Made by a program: the position numbers and the translations under genes. 64,000 bases of DNA from Acidimicrobiia bacterium. GTDB lineage: Bacteria; Actinomycetota; Acidimicrobiia; IMCC26256; PALSA-555. The notes beneath the pieces are model-generated. The model saw only the letters and a program-made list of their open reading frames with translations. It made no database searches and was not told the origin of the DNA. The stretch lies in the NCBI GenBank assembly GCA_035468285.1, contig DATISY010000071.1, positions 39,697-103,696 on the forward strand, in the 5' to 3' direction. Shown here one piece after another: positions 39,555-47,158 of this stretch. Position 1 is the stretch's first letter. Each line of letters starts with the position of its first letter.

Positions 39555-40406
39555 GTGACGCGCCTCGCGCCTCGAACCCCGCTCGTCGAGCAGTTGGGCT
39601 ACCCGCCTGACGCCCGGCTGGTGATCATCAACTGCGACGACTTGGGCTCGTCACGGTCGGCGAACGTCGCGGTGTACGACGCGCTCCGCAACGGGCTCGC
39701 GACCAGCGCCTCGTTGATGGTCCCGTGCCCCTGGGCGCGCGACGCCGCCGCGCAGTACCGCGGCGAGGACGTCGGGGTGCACCTGACGTTGAACGCCGAG
39801 TGGGAGACGTACCGGTGGGGGCCGATCACGCACTCCCCGAGCCTGCTCGACGGAGACGGCGGCTTTCCCCGCACGATCGAGGACACATGGGACCACGCCG
39901 ACCTCGACGAGGTTCGCCGCGAGCTGCGGGCCCAGATCGAGCGCGCCATCCTCTGGGGGTTCGACGCCAGCCACCTCGACAGCCACATGGGCACGCTGCA
40001 GCTGCGCGCCGACTTCTTCGGCGTGTATCTCGAGCTCGCGGTCGACTTCGGGCTCCCGCTGCGGATGGGCGCGGCCGGCGGCGAGCGGATCGTCGGGTTC
40101 CCATACCGGGACCTCGCCACCGCCGAGGGCGTCGTCTACCCCGACCACTTCGTCTTCTACCGGGGGGTGGGCGCCCGCCGCCACGTCGAACGGACGCTGT
40201 TCGATCTCCGACCGGGCGTCACCGAGGTGTACCTGCACCCCGCCATCGACGCGGACGAGCTGCGGGCATCACACCCCGACTGGGCCGGCCGGGTCGAGGA
40301 CCACGCCTTCTTGTGTGAAGACCCGTCGCTGCCCGATCTCGTCGAGCGGGCTGGCGCGACGCTGATCGGCTTTCGCGAGCTCCGCGAGCTGCAACGCGCC
40401 GCGTAG
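39555..40406 (+). CDS. ChbG/HpnK (YdjC-like) carbohydrate deacetylase family protein
   Basis: LVIINCDDLGSSRSANVAVYDAL and ...SHLDSHMG... match YdjC-family metal-binding motifs. GTG 39555 lies 10 nt after the thiolase stop. Confidence 0.8.
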   Translation: MTRLAPRTPLVEQLGYPPDARLVIINCDDLGSSRSANVAVYDALRNGLATSASLMVPCPWARDAAAQYRGEDVGVHLTLNAEWETYRWGPITHSPSLLDGDGGFPRTIEDTWDHADLDEVRRELRAQIERAILWGFDASHLDSHMGTLQLRADFFGVYLELAVDFGLPLRMGAAGGERIVGFPYRDLATAEGVVYPDHFVFYRGVGARRHVERTLFDLRPGVTEVYLHPAIDADELRASHPDWAGRVEDHAFLCEDPSLPDLVERAGATLIGFRELRELQRAA

Positions 40407-40423
40407 ACCGGCGCCGAAGCTGG

Positions 40424-40810
40424 TCAGTACTCGGTGCGGGCCCGGACCTGATCCTGGAGGGCTTGGTACTCGGGAGCCATGGTGAGCGGCATCAGCAGCA
40501 TGAGCTTGGCCATGTTGCCCGTCACCTTGGTCTTGCCTTGCATGAACGCGGCGTTGGCGTCGAGGTCACCTTTTTGGATCGCGACCGAATCCGCATAGGT
40601 GGTGGTGAGGGTGACCTCGGCGTCGGGCAGGTGACCGAGCGACGCCTCGATCAGCCGACCATTCTCGACGACCCAGTAGTAGGTGATGTCGCCGTCGGGG
40701 GCGCCGGTGACGACGAACTGCATCGTGGCGCTGACGCCAGGCCGTTCGGGTTGATCCTGCGCAAGGGCGCGAGCGTCGTCGAGCCATTCCTGGGTCAGGT
40801 ACTTCGGCAC
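40424..40810 (-). CDS. SCP2 sterol-binding domain protein
   Basis: 128 aa. ...GDLDANAAFMQGKTKVTGNMAKLM... is the SCP2 signature. GTG 40810 is preceded by GAGGGAGA. The remainder of tracked ORF 40424..41182 overlaps mca out of frame. Confidence 0.8.
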   Translation of the reverse strand: MPKYLTQEWLDDARALAQDQPERPGVSATMQFVVTGAPDGDITYYWVVENGRLIEASLGHLPDAEVTLTTTYADSVAIQKGDLDANAAFMQGKTKVTGNMAKLMLLMPLTMAPEYQALQDQVRARTEY

Positions 40811-40832
40811 AGGCGTCTCCCTCGGGAACCGA

Positions 40833-41765
40833 TCAGGAACGCCGCGGGAGTGTATCGACGGGCTCGTCGAGGTCCGCGGCCCGCACTCCGGCGAAGAGGT
40901 CATCCTCGGTTTCGCCCGGCTCCGGCCGCCCGACGCGTGATTCGGCGAGCACGAACTCGTCCCAGGGGAACACGTCTCGGATAACCCGGTCGGGAAGCCG
41001 CATCCAGAAACCCTCGGGGTCGACCTGGGTGCGGTGGGCGAGCAGCGCGGCGCGACGGCGGGCCAACCACGGGCCGACATCGACGAACGTCGTGAAGCGC
41101 GGCTGCTGGTCACCCTGGCGGAATCCCCGCTCGAACCAACGCTCGTACGGGCTCTCCTCGCCGCGCTCGAGGTGCGCGGCATGGAGCGCCTCGACGCGTC
41201 GGCGCGAGAAGCCGGTGTAGTAGAGCTTCGACGGCTGCCACGCGGGCCCGGCGTCGGGGTACCGGTCGGGATCCCCGGCGGCGTCGAAAGCCGGGAGCGA
41301 GATCTCGTGCACCCGGATGTGATCGGGGTGCGGATAGAACTTGCGGTCGTCGGCGTAGGTCACGATCACCTGGGGCTGCTCGGAGCGGATGATGCGCACC
41401 AGGCGACCGACTGCCTCGTCGAGCGGGGCGTTGGCGAAGTTGTCGGGGCGGGCGTTGACGTCGGTGTCCGGCATTCCCGAGTCGTGGTAGCCGAGCATGT
41501 GCAGGGCGTCGTAGCCGATCGCGTCGACGCTGGTCTGCAGCTCCTCGAGCCGGACCTCGGGGAGGCGGGCGCGCACCTCGGGGCTGTCCACCGCGGGGTT
41601 GAGGATGTCGCCCGCTTCGCCGCCGGTGCAGCACACGAGGACGCAGTGCACGCCCTCGTCGTGGTAGCGGGCGACCGTCGCCGCGCCCTTGGAGGCCTCG
41701 TCGTCGGGGTGGGCGTGGACGCTCAACAGCGCGAGCGGCTCACCGCTCCGATCCAGGGGGGTCAT
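40833..41765 (-). CDS. mca: Mycothiol S-conjugate amidase (Mca/MshB, LmbE-like deacetylase family)
   Basis: LLSVHAHPDDEASKGAATVARYHDEGVHCVLVCCTGGEAGDILNP is near-identical in pattern to Mca N-termini. 310 aa. Mca versus MshB cannot be fully separated by eye. Confidence 0.8.
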   Translation of the reverse strand: MTPLDRSGEPLALLSVHAHPDDEASKGAATVARYHDEGVHCVLVCCTGGEAGDILNPAVDSPEVRARLPEVRLEELQTSVDAIGYDALHMLGYHDSGMPDTDVNARPDNFANAPLDEAVGRLVRIIRSEQPQVIVTYADDRKFYPHPDHIRVHEISLPAFDAAGDPDRYPDAGPAWQPSKLYYTGFSRRRVEALHAAHLERGEESPYERWFERGFRQGDQQPRFTTFVDVGPWLARRRAALLAHRTQVDPEGFWMRLPDRVIRDVFPWDEFVLAESRVGRPEPGETEDDLFAGVRAADLDEPVDTLPRRS

Positions 41766-41827
41766 CGCGCTCCGACGGTACCGCCCCTGGCGGTGGATCG
41801 ACGCACCTGGTCGGTACAGTCGCGGCC

Positions 41828-43315
41828 TTGTCTTGGCGCCCGTTAGTCACGATCGGCGCGCTCGTCGCCGTCGTGACGGTCGGCCTCCCGGTCTCGGCGG
41901 GGGCGGCCACGAAACCGGCCGGGTCGCTCACCTGGAAGGGGTGCGGCGACGGGCTGCAGTGCACCACGCTGTCGGTGCCGGTCGACTGGTCCAAGCCGAC
42001 GGGCTCCCAGGTCGCGTTGGCCGTCGCCCGGCTCCCGGCGAAGGATCAGCAGCACCGGCTCGGGTCCCTCGTCATCAACTACGGCGGTCCGGGCGACCCC
42101 GGCACCGAATCGCTGCGGCTCGGTGCCAGCAGCATGCCCGCGGCGATCCGTGAGCGCTTCGACCTCGTGAGCTTCGACCCGCGCGGGACCGGCGCATCCC
42201 GCCCGATCGCCTGCGTCGACGACGCCACCTACGACCGGGTCCTCGCTCAAGATCCCACCCCGGACACGCCCGATCAGCTCCTGACGTTCTACAACGGCAC
42301 CAACGGCCCGATCGACCTGGTGCAGGCCTGCGTCGACAAGCAGGGGAGCTGGCTGGCCCAGGTCGGCACCCGCAACACCGTCCGGGACCTGGAGGCGCTG
42401 CGGGCTGCGATCGGTGAGCCCAAGCTGACGTTCCTCGGCTACTCGTACGGGACCGTCATGGGCGCGCTCTACGCCGAGATGTACCCGTCGCGGGTCCGGG
42501 CGATGGTGCTGGACGGGGCAGTGAATCTCTCGGCCACCGCGGCGAGCGAGCTCCACGACAACGCCGTCGGGTTCGAGCAAGCACTCGACGCGTTCCTCGC
42601 CGACTGCGCCGCGAAGACCAGCTGCGAGTTCCACGAGCACGGCAACCCGCAGGCGGCCCTGACCCAGCTGCGCCAGCAGTTCGAGAACGGGACCCAGCTT
42701 CCCGTCGGCGACGGCCGCCAGGCGGGGGCAACGCTCTTCTACCTGGCGTTGGCCAGCGGGCTCTACGACCGGGCGAACGGATGGCCGTTCCTGGCCAAGG
42801 CATTGGCGGGCGCGGTGCACGGCTCGGGAAGCGGGCTCGCCACCCTCGCCGACTCGATCAGCGGGCGCGGCACCGACGGTCACTTCAACGACCTGCAAGA
42901 GGCGCTGGCCACCATCCGCTGCGACGACCGCCACGACCCCCTGATGTCATTCACCGACTTCCAGGCCTTGTACAGCCAGTACAGCCAGGCGTTCCCCATC
43001 TTCGGCGCGTTCCTCGCGTCGTCACCGTTGGGTTGCGACCCGCGACTCCCTGCCCCTCCCCCTTCGGAGCAGGTCGGGGACGTACGCGTGACCGCCGCGC
43101 CGCCGATCCTCATCGTCGGGACGACCGGCGACCCGGCCACACCGTACGCAGGGGCGCTGGACCTCCAGCAGCGGCTGCGCGCGTCCCGTGTACTCACGTT
43201 GGTCAGCACGGAGCACGCCGGCTACGGCAAGGGCATCGGCTGCATCGACCATCCAGTCGACCGGTACCTGCTCACCCAGGTGCTGCCCCGCGTCGGGCAG
43301 CGCTGCAAAGCCTGA
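41828..43315 (+). CDS. Secreted alpha/beta hydrolase, tripeptidyl-aminopeptidase (TAP)-like
   Basis: Signal peptide (LVTIGALVAVVTVGLPVSAGAA), NYGGPGDPG, GYSYG nucleophile elbow, and a conserved C-terminal TAP-like region (ILIVGTTGDPATPY). Confidence 0.85.
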   Translation: MSWRPLVTIGALVAVVTVGLPVSAGAATKPAGSLTWKGCGDGLQCTTLSVPVDWSKPTGSQVALAVARLPAKDQQHRLGSLVINYGGPGDPGTESLRLGASSMPAAIRERFDLVSFDPRGTGASRPIACVDDATYDRVLAQDPTPDTPDQLLTFYNGTNGPIDLVQACVDKQGSWLAQVGTRNTVRDLEALRAAIGEPKLTFLGYSYGTVMGALYAEMYPSRVRAMVLDGAVNLSATAASELHDNAVGFEQALDAFLADCAAKTSCEFHEHGNPQAALTQLRQQFENGTQLPVGDGRQAGATLFYLALASGLYDRANGWPFLAKALAGAVHGSGSGLATLADSISGRGTDGHFNDLQEALATIRCDDRHDPLMSFTDFQALYSQYSQAFPIFGAFLASSPLGCDPRLPAPPPSEQVGDVRVTAAPPILIVGTTGDPATPYAGALDLQQRLRASRVLTLVSTEHAGYGKGIGCIDHPVDRYLLTQVLPRVGQRCKA

Positions 43316-43324
43316 CGGCCGGGC

Positions 43325-44392
43325 TCAGTCGTCGGGAACGGGTGACGCGTCGAGCCGGTAGAGCTCGATCCGTCCGATGCCACGCACCTTTCGGCGCCCG
43401 AGCCGGCGCAGCTGCAAGTCGGGTTGGTCCCCGAGTGCTGCGGCCACCTCGCTCGAGACGAGCACGGTCCCCGGGTAGGCGAGCTCGGTGAGGCGACTGG
43501 CGAGGTTCACGACCTGCCCGTAGTAGTCGCCCTCGCGGGACAGCACCGCGCCGCTGGCGAGCCCGGCTCGGGCGTCGGGCAGGACGGCATCCGCATTGGA
43601 TGCCCGGGCGAGCTGCAGCGCGATCCGCGCGGCCGGGGCCGGCTCGTCGGTGATGAACATGACCTCGTCACCGATGGTCTTGACGATCCGTCCTCCCGAT
43701 TCGACGACGATGTCGTGCGCGAGGGTCGCGAAGTGCTCGACGAGCGCCCCGAGCTCGTCGAGGTCGAGCCCTTCCGCGAGCGCGGTGTACCCGACGAGGT
43801 CCACGAACCCGACCGTGGCCGCCACCGTGCCCGGCGCCCCCGGCTCGGTGCCGACGAGCTTGCGCCAGATCGCCGCCCGGAGCTGCAGCCGGTGCGTGTG
43901 GTCGAGGAGCTGGGCGATCTCGTCGTAGTCGAGCCGCTCGGTGACGAGCACGGCGAGATCCTCGTCGGTCAGCCCGGCGCGGCGGGCCTCGTCGACGGAG
44001 CGGGCGAAGTCGTCGCTCTCCGCATCGGCGATGCGCGCCAGTGCGGAGCTGAGCACACGCGCTTGGGGAAGTGCCCGCTCGAGGTTCCAGTCATAGAACC
44101 ACGGCTCCTTGAAGCGGCGGACGAATCCGTGCATGGCCTCGACATCGGCGTCGGTGAACGCAGCCCGGTCGTCGGGCAGGTCGGGGAAGCCGATCGCTCG
44201 CCACACGGTGCGGGCCGTGGTGAGATCGATCTGGGCCTGCGCCGCGAGCTCGCGCATCGTGTACTTCCGCGCGCCGGGGAGCACGGCACGATCGAAGGCG
44301 AGCATCGTCAGGTAGCCGCCCGCCTCGGCCTCTTCGATCTCTTGGGGGGTTGCGCCGTTCCGGAGCAAGAAGCGCCGGACCCGCTGGTCCAT
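43325..44392 (-). CDS. Class III adenylate/guanylate cyclase with an Rv1264-like N-terminal regulatory domain
   Basis: Cyclase core ATVGFVDLVGYTAL...IVKTIGDEVMF...RAGLASG...GDYYGQVVNLASR. The ~170-aa helical N-terminal domain resembles the autoinhibitory domain of mycobacterial Rv1264/Rv2212 (from memory). ATG 44392 lies 8 nt after the ACAD stop. Confidence 0.85.
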   Translation of the reverse strand: MDQRVRRFLLRNGATPQEIEEAEAGGYLTMLAFDRAVLPGARKYTMRELAAQAQIDLTTARTVWRAIGFPDLPDDRAAFTDADVEAMHGFVRRFKEPWFYDWNLERALPQARVLSSALARIADAESDDFARSVDEARRAGLTDEDLAVLVTERLDYDEIAQLLDHTHRLQLRAAIWRKLVGTEPGAPGTVAATVGFVDLVGYTALAEGLDLDELGALVEHFATLAHDIVVESGGRIVKTIGDEVMFITDEPAPAARIALQLARASNADAVLPDARAGLASGAVLSREGDYYGQVVNLASRLTELAYPGTVLVSSEVAAALGDQPDLQLRRLGRRKVRGIGRIELYRLDASPVPDD

Positions 44393-44400
44393 CGCTGTCC

Positions 44401-45684
44401 TCAACCCGATCGGGGGACGTCCTTCCAGGCCAGGTCCCTGGAGCTGTCCGGCTCCTTCGGCAGTCCGAGCACCCGCTCCCCCAAGATGTTGCGCATGATG
44501 TTCGACGTGCCGCCCTCGATGGTGTTGGCCTGGGCCCGGAGGAAGCCTCGGGCAATCGCCGGTCGGTCCTCGCCCATCCCGCCGATGTAGGCGAGCGGAC
44601 CCTCGGGCCGCGTCGCGCCGGTCGGTTCCCACGCCACCCCGCCGAGGCCTTCCAGGTCGACGGCCAGCTTCTGGAGCCGCTGGTTGAATTCTGCCTGCAT
44701 CAGCTTTGTGATCGATCCCTCGGGCCCGGCTTCGGCGCCTGCCTTGCGCTTGTCACCGGCCCGCTGGTTGTTGAGCCGGATCAGACGGCCGTCGATGTAG
44801 AGCTGAGCGACCCGTTGGCGCAGCAGCGGGTCCGTGATCGGGTGGTGGCGCTTCATGAGCGACGCGATGGGGCTCCCGCCGACCGCGTCGCCCGCGAGGG
44901 AGCCGGCGCCGGAGAGCGCGACCCGCTCGTTCATCAGCGTCGTGACGGCGACCCGCCATCCCTCTCCTTCGGGCCCGACACGCATGGACTCGGGGATCCG
45001 GACGTTGTCGAAGAAGACCTCGTTGAACTCGGCGTCGCCGGTGATCTGCACCAGCGGGCGCACCTCGACGCCGGGGGCCTGCATGTCGACGATGAAGTAG
45101 CTGAGCCCCTTGTGCTTGGGCACGTCGGGATTGGTGCGGGCCACGAGCATCCCGTACCGGGCGATGTGGGCGAGCGTCGTCCAGACCTTCTGACCGTTCA
45201 CGACCCACTCGTCGCCGTCACGGACGGCGCGGGTCGACAGGCCGGCGACGTCGGATCCGGCGCTGGGCTCGCTGAAGAGCTGGCACCAGATCTCCTCGTT
45301 GGTGGCGAGGCCGCGGAGCAGCTTGTGCTTCTGCTCCTCGGTGCCCCAGGTGATCACGGTCGGACCGCCCATGCCGATGCCGATGATGTTGAAGGGGCGC
45401 GGTACCCGATAGTGGTTGAGCACCTCGTTGACGTCTTTCGCCTGCGTCGGGCTCAGCGAGAGGCCCGCGCCGTACTCCGCCGGCCAGGTCGGAGTCGCGT
45501 AGCCCGACTCGCCGAGGCGGGTGCACCAGGCGCGGTAGTCCAGCCCGTGGCGCAGCTCCTCGAAGCGCGCGTCGTCACCGTTGTCGACCGCCTCCATCCA
45601 ACCGTCGGGCAGCTCGGCACGTAGGAAGGTTCGGACCTGCTCGCGGAGCTGCTCGTCAGTGAGTTCGGCGGTATCGATCGCCAT
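44401..45684 (-). CDS. Acyl-CoA dehydrogenase (FadE-type)
   Basis: WCQLFSEPSAGSDVAGL, EWVVNGQKVWTT and GEGWRVAVTTL are ACAD motifs. ATG 45684 (MAIDTAELTDEQLREQV) chosen. Confidence 0.9.
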   Translation of the reverse strand: MAIDTAELTDEQLREQVRTFLRAELPDGWMEAVDNGDDARFEELRHGLDYRAWCTRLGESGYATPTWPAEYGAGLSLSPTQAKDVNEVLNHYRVPRPFNIIGIGMGGPTVITWGTEEQKHKLLRGLATNEEIWCQLFSEPSAGSDVAGLSTRAVRDGDEWVVNGQKVWTTLAHIARYGMLVARTNPDVPKHKGLSYFIVDMQAPGVEVRPLVQITGDAEFNEVFFDNVRIPESMRVGPEGEGWRVAVTTLMNERVALSGAGSLAGDAVGGSPIASLMKRHHPITDPLLRQRVAQLYIDGRLIRLNNQRAGDKRKAGAEAGPEGSITKLMQAEFNQRLQKLAVDLEGLGGVAWEPTGATRPEGPLAYIGGMGEDRPAIARGFLRAQANTIEGGTSNIMRNILGERVLGLPKEPDSSRDLAWKDVPRSG

Positions 45685-45902
45685 GGGCCCTCCTGGTCTG
45701 GGCGTGGAACGGATCGTACCGGGAGTCGGGGCCGCGCCGCTGCCCTCCGGCACGGATGGTGCGAACCCGCAGCGCACCGCTCTCGCCGGTATCCTTGAAC
45801 AACGACGCCGCCGCACCATGGAACGACCACGTCTCGTGTGTCACCCGAGGCGAAGCCACCGCGGTGCGCAGGGCGGGTCCGGGGGGGACGGACGGAGGCG
45901 TG

Positions 45903-46598
45903 ATGAGGGTCCACCATCCCGAGCGTCACCGGTACTCCCGTGTGGGCTGGCTGCGGGCCGCGGTGCTCGGCGCGAACGATGGGATCGTCTCGGTGGCCAG
46001 CATCGTGCTCGGCGTCGCCGCGGCCACGTCGGCGCAGAGCCAGGTCGCGGTGGCAGGCATCGCCGCGCTCGTCGCCGGCGCGATGGCGATGGCCGCCGGT
46101 GAGTTCGTGTCGGTGAGCTCCCAGCGGGACACCGAGCATGCCGACATCGCCCGAGAGCGGCGCGAGATCCTGCAGAACCCCGATCACGAGCTCAGCGAGC
46201 TGCAGGAGATCTACCAGCTCCGGGGCCTCGACGAGGGCCTCGCCGGTCAAGTCGCGCAACAGCTGATGGCCGCCGATCCCCTCGGCGCGCACTTGCGCGA
46301 CGAGCTCGGCATGACCGCGGCGACCCGAGCGCAGCCGCTCCAGGCGGCCATCAGCTCCGCGGTCAGCTTCGCGCTGGGCGGCGCCCTCCCCCTCGTGGTC
46401 GCGATCCTGGTGCCCAGCGGCGCCCGCGTTCCCGTCGTGGCCGCGGTCGCGTTCGCGTTGCTGGCGGTGACCGGCGCGCTCGGCGGCCGGTTCGGCGGCG
46501 CGCCCGTCGGCCGAGCCGCGCTGCGCGTCCTCGCCGGCGGCAGCGCGGCAATGCTGATCACCTGGGTGATCGGGACGCTGGTCGGCACCGCGATCTGA
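45903..46598 (+). CDS. VIT1/CCC1-family iron/manganese transporter
   Basis: WLRAAVLGANDGIVSVASIVLGVAAA is the family signature. It also has an acidic cytoplasmic loop (EHADIARERREILQNPDHE) and C-terminal TM helices. ATG 45903. Confidence 0.85.
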   Translation: MRVHHPERHRYSRVGWLRAAVLGANDGIVSVASIVLGVAAATSAQSQVAVAGIAALVAGAMAMAAGEFVSVSSQRDTEHADIARERREILQNPDHELSELQEIYQLRGLDEGLAGQVAQQLMAADPLGAHLRDELGMTAATRAQPLQAAISSAVSFALGGALPLVVAILVPSGARVPVVAAVAFALLAVTGALGGRFGGAPVGRAALRVLAGGSAAMLITWVIGTLVGTAI

Positions 46599-46635
46599 GC
46601 GACCCGCCCGGCGCCCAGCCCGGCAGTGGTGGTGG

Positions 46636-47151
46636 TCAGCTGGGACCGGGTGGATTCCAGAAGGTGTACAGGCGCTCCGGCTCGATCCGGGCGTAGACCG
46701 CGTTGTTCTCGACCCACTGCTCCCACTCGGGCCCGTATCGGGGCACATAGGTCGCGAGGAGCGTGTCGCGAAAGCCCCGCTCGTCCGCGGCGGCGAGATC
46801 GATCGGGTGTGCCGAGCCGTGCACGATGACCGCGAGTTCCTCGCCGCGGGTGTGCGCCGCGCTCACCGCCGGGCGGGCCCGGATGTGGCGCATGCGCACC
46901 GAGTGCGGCGCGGAGCCGAAGTAGAAGCGCGCCCGATAGAAGACGCCGTCGACCGGACCGACCCGCGGTTGGCCCGATGCGGTGACCGTGGCGAGATTCA
47001 GGATCTGGACACCGACCATGAGCTCGCACAGTGCCACTGCGTCGAGACGCCGGTCGGGGGTGAAGATGCTCTGCAGATGCGCGCCACCGTGGGCATGGCT
47101 CTCGTCGAGGAGCCGCTGGAGGGCCTCGACGTCGGCTCGGGTCTCTCGCAC
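46636..47151 (-). CDS. Pyridoxamine 5'-phosphate oxidase-family (split-barrel flavin/F420-binding) protein
   Basis: 171 aa with a split-barrel pattern (...ILNLATVTASGQPRVGPVDGVFYRARFYF...). It starts 7 nt after the P-type ATPase stop, so it is probably in the same operon. Confidence 0.7.
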   Translation of the reverse strand: MRETRADVEALQRLLDESHAHGGAHLQSIFTPDRRLDAVALCELMVGVQILNLATVTASGQPRVGPVDGVFYRARFYFGSAPHSVRMRHIRARPAVSAAHTRGEELAVIVHGSAHPIDLAAADERGFRDTLLATYVPRYGPEWEQWVENNAVYARIEPERLYTFWNPPGPS

Positions 47152-47158
47152 CGGTCGC

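Noticed and set aside
45685-45902. Metal-sensing element (yybP-ykoY Mn riboswitch or IdeR iron box) upstream of the VIT-family transporter
   Set aside because: There is no GGGGAGUAG...UUGACAUA...AGACC-type riboswitch core and no TTAGGTTAGGCTAACCTAA-like iron box in the 218-bp region. Only a minor hairpin is present (GGTGCG-N8-GCGCACC).
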